DNA from: a virus
Lineage: Duplodnaviria; Caudoviricetes
DNA: 35,528 nt
Direction: 5' to 3' (one strand)
IMG/VR virus record: IMGVR_UViG_3300037962_000735
Coordinates: 1-35,528 of that record
The notes under the pieces: generated by a model
What the model was told of the DNA's origin: nothing
What the model saw: only the letters and a program-made list of their open reading frames with translations
Databases searched by the model: none
Translations under genes and position numbers: made by a program
Shown: in pieces, positions 26,845 to 34,364 of the stretch
Layout of the letters: every line of letters starts with the position of its first letter
Position numbering within the stretch: the stretch's first letter is position 1

Positions 26845-26955
26845 AAAAAAGGCAAACCGCACTCGCCAAAGTAACCGGTCTGCCTTTAACACCAAAGAAA
26901 TCAACCTAACTAAAGTTAATTCCTTTAACCAAATAACTCATGGAGTTAATCAGTA
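26845..26955 (-). ncRNA. Putative sar-like antisense RNA (about 110 nt)
   Basis: Minus-strand extended -10 TGTTATACT (26970-26962) and minus-strand terminator GGCAGACCG/CGGTTTGCC-T6 (26884-26845), spanning the RBS of the next gene. Confidence 0.5.
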
Positions 26956-27659
26956 TGTCAAAGTATAACACAGCACAAGAAACTACCGCTAAAGCTAAAA
27001 CACTCACCAAAGCTAACAATCGCGGTGACTACATAATGAAAGGCGATACTAGCGCAAACCATGAAAGCATAATACGCAATTTATTTAATGCGCTATTTGT
27101 TAGCGAACGTCAGCACAGTATCAAAACCGACCATACACCTACTCATCCAACAATGATGACACTGGATATCTATCAGGTACAGCAGCTCATACAGTCACAC
27201 TGTGGCAAACTTATCACGCATATGGAGATTATTGACGCTCTCTACGATTTGGAAGAACCAAAGCTGCTACAGCCTTCCACTATCGTTTTTAATTCTGAGT
27301 TGGATGGTAAGAGAATTGATGCAATACGTTTAGAGTATGGTCATTCTAACAAGGCAATTCCAATAGAAAAATCTGAGACAGACGAGATTGCGCTCGAACT
27401 ATCCCAAGTAACCTTTGCAGAGGCACCAGTCAAGCCTGGCAAGTGGGAGACAGATGCCAAAGCTTGGAAAAACAAAGCATTAAAGCTACATGAACAGCAG
27501 ACCATTGATCGAGACACCATTCAATCACTGCGTAGTATCATCATTGAGATGGCAGAGACACTGCACGTAGCAGACCCGAATGCCCGTATCAGTGTCACCA
27601 GTAGTGACCTGCTGGACTTGGTACACAGTCAAAAAGATATGTCGGATAATGCATTCTAA
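26955..27659 (+). CDS. Hypothetical protein in the antirepressor position
   Basis: ORF open from 26940; GGAG RBS favours ATG 26955; no motif recognised. Confidence 0.6.
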   Translation: MSKYNTAQETTAKAKTLTKANNRGDYIMKGDTSANHESIIRNLFNALFVSERQHSIKTDHTPTHPTMMTLDIYQVQQLIQSHCGKLITHMEIIDALYDLEEPKLLQPSTIVFNSELDGKRIDAIRLEYGHSNKAIPIEKSETDEIALELSQVTFAEAPVKPGKWETDAKAWKNKALKLHEQQTIDRDTIQSLRSIIIEMAETLHVADPNARISVTSSDLLDLVHSQKDMSDNAF

Positions 27660-27674
27660 TAATTTAATAGCAGT

Positions 27675-27704
27675 AAAAAACCAGTCTTAGCGGACTGGTT
27701 TTTT
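27675..27704. terminator. Bidirectional intrinsic terminator
   Basis: A6-CCAGTC-N6-GACTGG-T6 between convergent genes. Confidence 0.9.
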
Positions 27705-27715
27705 GTGCCTGCTTC

Positions 27716-28168
27716 TTATGGATTGCCTCGTTTAACTGTATCGATTAACCCCAGTCCCAATGTTGCCAGTGTTTTATAGTCATAGTCTTCATTGGCATTT
27801 GCTCCGGCTTGTACCAACGCTTCCTCTGCGTGATACATCGCACCCAACAGCCTATCCGATGGATTATCCAAGTCCATAATTTCAGGTAAATGAATTAGAC
27901 GCTGATGATAGCTTGGGACGTAGCTTTCACCGTTGTTTATCACATCTGTTGCGATATCACCTATTCTCTGCCCCGTCAATATATAAATCACGTCAAACCC
28001 CATATTCCAAAGAGTGACCAGCAGTGATGATGGCATTTCCCTTCTACCCATCTCATAGTTTTTGTAAGTATTCTGATGAATATCCAATTCAGAATAAACG
28101 TCAACAGCCTTAATCCCTAGACGCTGACGCTCTTCTTCTAATCGCTTACCAATGTCTTCAATAATCAT
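27716..28168 (-). CDS. Prophage immunity repressor, XRE/Cro-CI HTH
   Basis: IGKRLEEERQRLG...TYKNYEMGRREM...GFDVIYILTG; divergent from the early operon. Start 28168 has RBS AAGGGG (ORF open from 28216). Confidence 0.85.
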   Translation of the reverse strand: MIIEDIGKRLEEERQRLGIKAVDVYSELDIHQNTYKNYEMGRREMPSSLLVTLWNMGFDVIYILTGQRIGDIATDVINNGESYVPSYHQRLIHLPEIMDLDNPSDRLLGAMYHAEEALVQAGANANEDYDYKTLATLGLGLIDTVKRGNP

Positions 28169-28183
28169 AAAAACCCCTTTTAT

Positions 28184-28274
28184 ACTATCAATCGTTAATA
28201 TAATATTGACTATCAATCATTTGTGAGTATAATAATATACTCATTCGGTTGATGCGCTTTAAGTGTAAGCGCAT
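28184..28274. promoter_or_regulatory. Lysis/lysogeny switch region with early promoter and candidate operators
   Basis: TTGACT(28206)-16 bp-TATAAT(28228); direct repeat ACTATCAATC at 28184 and 28209; dyads TGAGTAT/ATACTCA (28224-28243) and ATGCGCTT/AAGCGCAT (28252-28274). Confidence 0.7.
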
Positions 28275-28297
28275 TATAACAATAGGATACCACCAAA

Positions 28298-28498
28298 ATG
28301 AAACAAACCACATTAAAGCCGACCCAAAAAGGACACTTGAATAAATCAAAGCGTACTGGCGTGACTTTACGCTTAGAAACAGACCTTCATGCTGATCTGA
28401 AAGAAGCTGCTGACAAAGAACAGCGCTCAATGGGCTTTGTTGTTCTCCGACGCTACCTAAAAGGTCGTGAAATAGAACTAGCCGAACAGAATCAATAA
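28298..28498 (+). CDS. RHH-type DNA-binding protein in the Cro/Cox position
   Basis: GVTLRLETDLHADLKEAADKEQRSMGFVV; RBS AGGA. Confidence 0.75.
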   Translation: MKQTTLKPTQKGHLNKSKRTGVTLRLETDLHADLKEAADKEQRSMGFVVLRRYLKGREIELAEQNQ

Positions 28499-28522
28499 TC
28501 AAACTTAAAAGGAAACCAAATC

Positions 28523-28957
28523 ATGACAACTGATACCAAACCACCTGAAGAAAACATAAGAGGCATAGGCGAACGTTTAAAAATAGAGCGTGAACGTTTA
28601 GGTCTAAAAGCAGTTACCGTTTATGAATCACTAGACATTGTTCAAACGACTTATAAGAACTACGAGGAAGGAAAGCGCGACATCCCTTCTTCTTTACTGG
28701 TCAACCTATGGCATCTAGGTTTTGATATTACGTTTATCCTAATTGGTAACCAATCATCATCAATTAAGAATGGAATAAAACCTATTACCAATCCGCAAAA
28801 GCAGTTAAATGAAGCTGAAGCAAGACAATTAAAGATTTTTGCTGATGTTCAAAACAAGTTAAAAAACACAGAGCATAAACTTTTAGTGTCTCAACAGATT
28901 GACGGTCTGCTAAAACAAGATTCAAGCAAAAGCCGTTTTAAAAGATTTATAAGCTAA
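28523..28957 (+). CDS. XRE HTH protein, paralogue of the repressor
   Basis: 40 of 61 residues identical to the repressor HTH by hand alignment. Confidence 0.85.
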   Translation: MTTDTKPPEENIRGIGERLKIERERLGLKAVTVYESLDIVQTTYKNYEEGKRDIPSSLLVNLWHLGFDITFILIGNQSSSIKNGIKPITNPQKQLNEAEARQLKIFADVQNKLKNTEHKLLVSQQIDGLLKQDSSKSRFKRFIS

Positions 28958-28991
28958 TTGACTAAGACCAAACCCAGAAGGAAACCAAACC

Positions 28992-29270
28992 ATGAACCCA
29001 AACACCAAAAAACTACGCGATAACGCCATCAAAGTCAGTGTCGATCATTATGACTATCAAATCTTACTGGCCCATGCCGAACGCTCAGGTGTGGAGCTCG
29101 CCACCCTCGTCCGCCAGTTAGCAATGAGCAAGATCCATGACTTGATGTTCCGCGAACAACCTATCGCCATGATACTGCCATCACAAAACACAGTCGAGAT
29201 GCCATTAGGTCACTTTTGGGCGATGACGGCGGCACCAGTCAGTACCTCAGGAGTCACCAGCCATGCCTAA
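28992..29270 (+). CDS. Hypothetical early protein, possibly RHH-like
   Basis: RBS AAGGA; IKVSVDHYDYQILLAHAERSGVELATLVRQLAM strand-helix-helix pattern. Confidence 0.65.
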   Translation: MNPNTKKLRDNAIKVSVDHYDYQILLAHAERSGVELATLVRQLAMSKIHDLMFREQPIAMILPSQNTVEMPLGHFWAMTAAPVSTSGVTSHA

Positions 29271-29424
29271 CGATGTCTATATCCACCCAACCTCTGCAGA
29301 GCAGCGCTTACTTGAACGTAAGGCTGCCGAGTATGGAGTAAGCGTCGATGAGTTTGTCGCTTGGGCACTGAGACAAGCACTCGCTGAAACAGATAAAGAG
29401 CTACAACTCATCATCAAACACTAA
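29263..29424 (+). CDS. 53 aa early protein, possibly RHH-like (not in the ORF track)
   Basis: RBS AGGAG; MPNDVYIHPTSAEQRLLERKAAEYGVSVDEFVAWALRQALAETDKELQLIIKH. Confidence 0.7.
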   Translation: MPNDVYIHPTSAEQRLLERKAAEYGVSVDEFVAWALRQALAETDKELQLIIKH

Positions 29425-29436
29425 AAGAGGTCATAT

Positions 29437-29628
29437 ATGCGCTGTCCAGCTTGTCATTCCAACTGTTTAATCCTGCGTACCCGCGTTATTACTGATTACT
29501 TACGCGATATAGAGCACCGCTGCAAAAACGATGAGTGCGGACACATATTCGTCACTCAGCAAGAGTATGTACGCTCGATAGTCAAGCCAGACGTGCAGAA
29601 AGACAAACCAATCAGCGCAAATGCCTAA
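29437..29628 (+). CDS. ogr: Ogr/Delta-like zinc-finger late-gene activator
   Basis: MRCPACH...R...CKNDECGHIFV...RSIV. Confidence 0.88.
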   Translation: MRCPACHSNCLILRTRVITDYLRDIEHRCKNDECGHIFVTQQEYVRSIVKPDVQKDKPISANA

Positions 29629-29657
29629 CCAAACTACCAAACCAGACGAGCAATATT

Positions 29658-32405
29658 ATGCAAACCATGCAAGATGATACCCGTAGCGAGCTAATCACTC
29701 GCCTCGTGCAAGATTATGGTCTCAAATTCTCAAGCGACCATCAGTTTTTGCGTTATGGTCGCTGCCCATCATGCGGCAAAAAGGAGTTGTTCACCGGTGC
29801 TGATGCGCCGTGGACGATCCAGTGTGGCCGCTCTAATAAATGCAATTACCAAGCATCTACTCGCGATATTTACCCAGACATATTCGCCAATTGGACGAAG
29901 AAAAACCCACCAACACCCAGCAACCCAAATGCCACGGCTGACGCTTATCTTCAGTCGGGACGTGGCTTTGATATTGTCAAATGGCAAGGCAGCTATACCC
30001 AAGAAGTATTCAAAGACTTTTATTCCGACTTCACCTGCCCCAGCGTGCGCTTCAACATCACAAGCGATGGCCAAGCCATCGGCTATTGGGAACGGCTGAT
30101 AGAACCCGCCGCAAATATAAAAAAGGCCCGTGTACAAACAGGCTTTAAATTTAAAGGTCATGCTTGGTTACCGCCAAAGCTACACCTACAGCAAGGCGTC
30201 TGGTCATATGTAAAAGAGCTATGGATAGTAGAGGGCATCTTTGACGCCATGGCACTGACTGAGAACGGCTTACATGCTATCAGCAACATCACCGCGGGTA
30301 ACTTCCCAGCGCACACCTTAGCACAAATAAAAGCGCGAATGGCAGAGCTTGGTAAGCCACTGCCCAAGCTTATCATCGCACTCGATAGCGACCACGCTGG
30401 ACGCAAAGCCACTGACAAACTGGTGGCCACCGCACGCCAAAACGGCTGGGATGTCACCGCCGCGCAGTCAAGTGAGTACAGCGACGGAGCAGACTGGAAC
30501 GACCTACACAAAGCGGGAAAACTCACCAAGACAGACCTTGAACGCTACCGCTTTTATGGTGAGCTGCTTATTGCTGAGACAGCAAAGGACAAGGCGCTAC
30601 TGACGTACAACCAGTATGGCACCACTAGCTTTTATATGTTTTTCAACAGTTGCACCTACTGGGTAAAAGTAGACAGCGAAAGCTTTGATAAAGCCAAGCA
30701 AATGGACGCAGACAGCGAACCGACAGAAGATTTATTCAATACTGAAGAAGAGTTAAAAGAAGCCGTACAGCTTTGGCATGACGACTTGATGCAGTCTTGC
30801 ATGACTGTCACCCAAATCATGAACTGTCAGCCGCAAGCACTCTATTATCAGCAAAACTTAGTGACAGATGAGAGCTGGTACTTCTTTCGTATTCGCACAT
30901 CACAAGGCGACACTAAAAATACCTTTACCGGTAGCCAACTGTCGGCCGCTGGTGAGTTTAAAAAGCGCCTATTATCAGTCGCGCCTGGCGTCATTTATCA
31001 AGGCAATTCAAAGCAGCTCGACATTATGTTAGGACGCATGATTAACGGCATCAAAACCGTTGAGACCATCGACTTTATTGGTTATAGCAAAGACCATCAG
31101 ACTTACATTTTTAACGATATCGCAATCCGTCATGGTGTGACTTACGCGCTCAATAAAGACGACTATTTTGACCTGCCCAATAATAAAAGCCTAAAGACAT
31201 TAGCGGCCAGTCCAAATATTCGCATAGGCGACAAACCCAAAGAACCTGCAAATTGGCTAGCGGACATCATAACTGGTTGGGGCGTCCAAGGAGTCATTAG
31301 TCTAGTGGGTTTTATGGGTAGCCTGTTTGCTCAGCAGATCCGCGAGCGTCAAAAATCCTATCCATTTATGGAGATTGTGGGCGAGCCTGGGACTGGTAAA
31401 TCAACCCTACTTAGCTTTTTTTGGCGTTTGATAGGTCGTGATGGCTACGAGGGTATCGATCCCAACAAAACCACTAAGGCCGGTCGCCTGCGCTCACTGT
31501 CACAGACTTCAAACATGCCCAGCGTCTTTATCGAGTCAGACCGCGATGGGGCTGGTACAGGACGTAATAGCCAGTTCAATTGGGACGAACTTAAAAACCT
31601 ATACGACGGCGGCACGATTGGTACACGCGGCGTCAAGTCTGCAGGCAATGAAGTCTACGAGCCACCGTTTCGCGGCACTATCGTCATCAGTCAAAATTTG
31701 CCCGTGGTGGCGTCCAAGGCAGTGCTAAGCCGTATTTGCCACCTATTCTTTGGATTGGACAACCAGACCCGAGATTCTGAAGCAGCAGCCAGACGCATTG
31801 AGGCACTACAGACCGAAGATGTCAGTCATTTTTTAGTCGATATCCTCAAGATGGAAGACAAGATACTGCAGGTATTTTTTGATACCAAAATAGCGCATGA
31901 GAATTGGTTAAAAGACAGCGGTGTCAAAGCTTTTCGTGTTGCTCATTGCCACGCGCAGATACTCGCCATGTTTGATGCGATGAAACTGGTATTGCCAGAC
32001 TTGCAACGTTTGGACGGGGCCGTCAAGCAGGAAGTATTTAACATGGCAACCGAACGCGATCAGACGCTTGATACCGAGCATCCGCTCAATATCCAGTTCT
32101 TTGATGTGCTCGAACGATTGAATGCAGCGCCCAACACAATCGAAGGTGCTGGTCATCATATCCGCCGCTTGCATATCAACCACAGCAAAAACCCAGATCT
32201 ATTAGCGATCAGTATGCCAGAGATCTATCAGCTTGCGAATGAGTACCGCTATGACCTACCGCCACAATCCGATATGCATCACGCGCTGCGCCAGTCTAGG
32301 CAGTTCAAGTTTGTGGCAGCAAACAAGACGGTAGCGTCTCAAATCACGGGCCGTAGCATTCGTTGCTGGGTGTTTGAAATGCCTAAAAACCTAAGTCTCA
32401 CTTAA
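29658..32405 (+). CDS. Replication protein: zinc finger + TOPRIM primase + helicase (phiCTX/P4-alpha type)
   Basis: CPSCGKKE...CGRSNKC, WIVEGIFDA, ALDSD, DWNDLH, Walker A GEPGTGKST. Start likely 29658 or 29667 rather than 29535, which overlaps ogr. Confidence 0.9.
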   Translation: MQTMQDDTRSELITRLVQDYGLKFSSDHQFLRYGRCPSCGKKELFTGADAPWTIQCGRSNKCNYQASTRDIYPDIFANWTKKNPPTPSNPNATADAYLQSGRGFDIVKWQGSYTQEVFKDFYSDFTCPSVRFNITSDGQAIGYWERLIEPAANIKKARVQTGFKFKGHAWLPPKLHLQQGVWSYVKELWIVEGIFDAMALTENGLHAISNITAGNFPAHTLAQIKARMAELGKPLPKLIIALDSDHAGRKATDKLVATARQNGWDVTAAQSSEYSDGADWNDLHKAGKLTKTDLERYRFYGELLIAETAKDKALLTYNQYGTTSFYMFFNSCTYWVKVDSESFDKAKQMDADSEPTEDLFNTEEELKEAVQLWHDDLMQSCMTVTQIMNCQPQALYYQQNLVTDESWYFFRIRTSQGDTKNTFTGSQLSAAGEFKKRLLSVAPGVIYQGNSKQLDIMLGRMINGIKTVETIDFIGYSKDHQTYIFNDIAIRHGVTYALNKDDYFDLPNNKSLKTLAASPNIRIGDKPKEPANWLADIITGWGVQGVISLVGFMGSLFAQQIRERQKSYPFMEIVGEPGTGKSTLLSFFWRLIGRDGYEGIDPNKTTKAGRLRSLSQTSNMPSVFIESDRDGAGTGRNSQFNWDELKNLYDGGTIGTRGVKSAGNEVYEPPFRGTIVISQNLPVVASKAVLSRICHLFFGLDNQTRDSEAAARRIEALQTEDVSHFLVDILKMEDKILQVFFDTKIAHENWLKDSGVKAFRVAHCHAQILAMFDAMKLVLPDLQRLDGAVKQEVFNMATERDQTLDTEHPLNIQFFDVLERLNAAPNTIEGAGHHIRRLHINHSKNPDLLAISMPEIYQLANEYRYDLPPQSDMHHALRQSRQFKFVAANKTVASQITGRSIRCWVFEMPKNLSLT

Positions 32406-32424
32406 TTACAAAGGAATAAACATC

Positions 32425-32700
32425 ATGACATTACAAACTTCAAAAAACGAAATTAAAGGCAGTGATCTGACTAGAGCAATGCTTAAGAAATATGAAGGTG
32501 GCGGAGTTCATTGCGTCATATCAGATGAGAGTGATGAAGCTGCTCTTAACTGGTGCACCTATGTAAACAGTCCTGCAGGAGTGACGCTCATTATTAAAGA
32601 AGATGAAGACGGCATGTTTGTCTGTAAGGACGGCAATAAATGGGAGTTTGCTGTACCTGTGGATCTAATCCCCTTATCCCTAGAGAAAGCCAGTCTTTGA
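32425..32700 (+). CDS. Hypothetical phage protein
   Basis: RBS AAGGA, 91 aa. Confidence 0.65.
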   Translation: MTLQTSKNEIKGSDLTRAMLKKYEGGGVHCVISDESDEAALNWCTYVNSPAGVTLIIKEDEDGMFVCKDGNKWEFAVPVDLIPLSLEKASL

Positions 32701-32726
32701 CACCAAACCAAAAAGGAACCCAAACC

Positions 32727-32993
32727 ATGACATGCGATTTTAAAAATATTGAAAATTCAAAAGAATTTAATTCTATGCAGGCGTTAGGTGCTAACGAGTT
32801 GTTGTTCATTATGCGAATTATCAATGCTAGTAACGAACCTTTATGCCCTGAGCAAATCGTTGCGAAGGTTCATTTAAATTTAACAATCATTAGATTTTAT
32901 GCGAAGCGACTTTACGAAGAAGGTCTGATTGAAATAGCAACTCTAAGAGAAGACGGGCATCACTATTACATGAAAAAAGGATTAAGAACATGA
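32727..32993 (+). CDS. Winged-HTH-like hypothetical protein
   Basis: RBS AAGGA before ATG 32727; PEQIVAKVHLNLTIIRFYAKRLYEEGLIE. Confidence 0.6.
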   Translation: MTCDFKNIENSKEFNSMQALGANELLFIMRIINASNEPLCPEQIVAKVHLNLTIIRFYAKRLYEEGLIEIATLREDGHHYYMKKGLRT

Positions 32994-33166
32994 CATACGA
33001 TTTTAAAGGTAGTGACGGTGATTGCGATGAATGTGGCTGCGAGCTTTGGCTTGGTCAAAGCGAAGCACCTCATGCGGATTTATGCGGTCACTGTTATGAA
33101 CTAGAAATTATCAATGAAGAGTGCCCTGCTCCAGTTGGCCACTTTACGCATAAGGAAACCAAATAA
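32990..33166 (+). CDS. 58 aa Cys-rich zinc-finger protein (not in the ORF track)
   Basis: MTYDFKGSDGDCDECGCELWLGQSEAPHADLCGHCYELE...; ATGA overlap upstream, abuts the next ATG. Confidence 0.7.
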   Translation: MTYDFKGSDGDCDECGCELWLGQSEAPHADLCGHCYELEIINEECPAPVGHFTHKETK

Positions 33167-33445
33167 ATGGACTTAAATAAATTAATGCAAATGGCGATAG
33201 AACATCACCAGCAGCAAGAAGCATCGAAGCTCCAACTTGACGCAGTTTTTGAACTATTGGCTTTAACCTTTATCCGAACCATTCCACCAGTCCAGCGTGA
33301 GCACGAATTATCTCTGTCCATGAAAGAAGTCATCGACAACGCCGGCTATCTTGATGACGAGCAAGAAGAGATATTCCTTGAGCTGATGGGTAATGCAAAA
33401 AATATAGTTATTGATATGGCAATTAAAACGGAGACAAGTCGATGA
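33167..33445 (+). CDS. Hypothetical phage protein
   Basis: RBS AAGGA, acidic helical 92 aa. Confidence 0.65.
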   Translation: MDLNKLMQMAIEHHQQQEASKLQLDAVFELLALTFIRTIPPVQREHELSLSMKEVIDNAGYLDDEQEEIFLELMGNAKNIVIDMAIKTETSR

Positions 33446-33687
33446 ACCTAGTCCGCGCCCTATTCCCTTACAACCGTGAAAGCCCTTTACATTGGCTGAC
33501 GTTCGACACTGTGAGCGGTCAGATGATCGACTGCTCAATGCACCCAACGCACAAGCAGCGCGAGCTTTATCAACGCAAGCATTACAGCATCAACAAAGAC
33601 AAGATTGAAATGCGCTGTGAAGTCGAAATTTTTAAAGAGCGTAAATTTGAATCACTTACTGAAATAAAAATAGGAAAAGACCAATGA
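33442..33687 (+). CDS. Hypothetical phage protein
   Basis: ATGA coupling at both ends, RBS GGAG. Confidence 0.6.
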   Translation: MNLVRALFPYNRESPLHWLTFDTVSGQMIDCSMHPTHKQRELYQRKHYSINKDKIEMRCEVEIFKERKFESLTEIKIGKDQ

Positions 33688-33881
33688 GCGACATTATCGA
33701 CCGCGCCAACGACCAGGCGCAAGAAGAGTTAAATAGAAACCTAGCCAAGGCACAACGCTTTGATACGCCATCACTAGCTGAATGCGTCGAATGCGGTGAA
33801 GATATTCCCGAGCGCCGTCGGCGTTTGGGAGGCGTCACCCGCTGCATTGATTGCCAAAGTGTCATTGAGCGGCGGAGGTAG
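33684..33881 (+). CDS. TraR/DksA C4 zinc-finger protein (P2 Orf82-like)
   Basis: MSDIIDRAND...CVECGEDIPERRR...GVTRCIDCQ. Confidence 0.92.
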   Translation: MSDIIDRANDQAQEELNRNLAKAQRFDTPSLAECVECGEDIPERRRRLGGVTRCIDCQSVIERRR

Positions 33882-33883
33882 TC

Positions 33884-34150
33884 ATGCCTCTACCATTAAA
33901 CTTATATCGTTGTCGTGACAAAGTTTGCATAGCAACTGATGAAAGTATGGTCAATGAGCATCTAAACCGTGATCGCATGGGCAGAAAATCACCCATCAAA
34001 AAACTGCCAGAGGGTAGCGTCATCTTACATAACAATAAACCCTATGGCATAGACGAACTGACCAGACTAGCGCACAAAAAAGCCAAGACAATGAAACTCA
34101 ACATAGACAACCCTTTTTCAATAATTATTGATGACAGGTTTATCAAATGA
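33884..34150 (+). CDS. Hypothetical basic phage protein
   Basis: RBS GGAGG, 88 aa, last gene before the terminator. Confidence 0.6.
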   Translation: MPLPLNLYRCRDKVCIATDESMVNEHLNRDRMGRKSPIKKLPEGSVILHNNKPYGIDELTRLAHKKAKTMKLNIDNPFSIIIDDRFIK

Positions 34151-34168
34151 AAGCAGTACAATCGGTAT

Positions 34169-34204
34169 AAAAAAAACAGCCCTCACCATTGTGAAGGCTG
34201 TTTT
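34169..34204. terminator. Intrinsic (bidirectional) terminator ending the early operon
   Basis: AAAACAGCC...GGCTGTTTT stem with A/T runs. Confidence 0.8.
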
Positions 34205-34364
34205 ATCAAACAGTTAGAGCCAAAAGCCCCAAACCAAGAACTTTTCAGTGGCTCCATAGTTACCAAACCAGACCTTTATTATAGCGCAAAAATGTTGTAA
34301 AAGCTAGGTATATCAGGTGTTTAAGCCTATTAAACAGCATGTAAGCGCAAGGATTAACGACATA

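Noticed and set aside
26753-26968. 71 aa ORF between the Arc-like gene and the ant-slot gene
   Set aside because: It has a possible RBS but no recognisable motif and runs through the predicted antisense RNA and terminator. Not called, though not excluded.
28188-28502. 104 aa minus-strand ORF over the switch region
   Set aside because: It is antisense to the RHH gene and overlaps promoter and operator DNA.
29535-29657. Upstream extension of the primase ORF
   Set aside because: It overlaps ogr in another frame; the recognisable protein starts near 29658.
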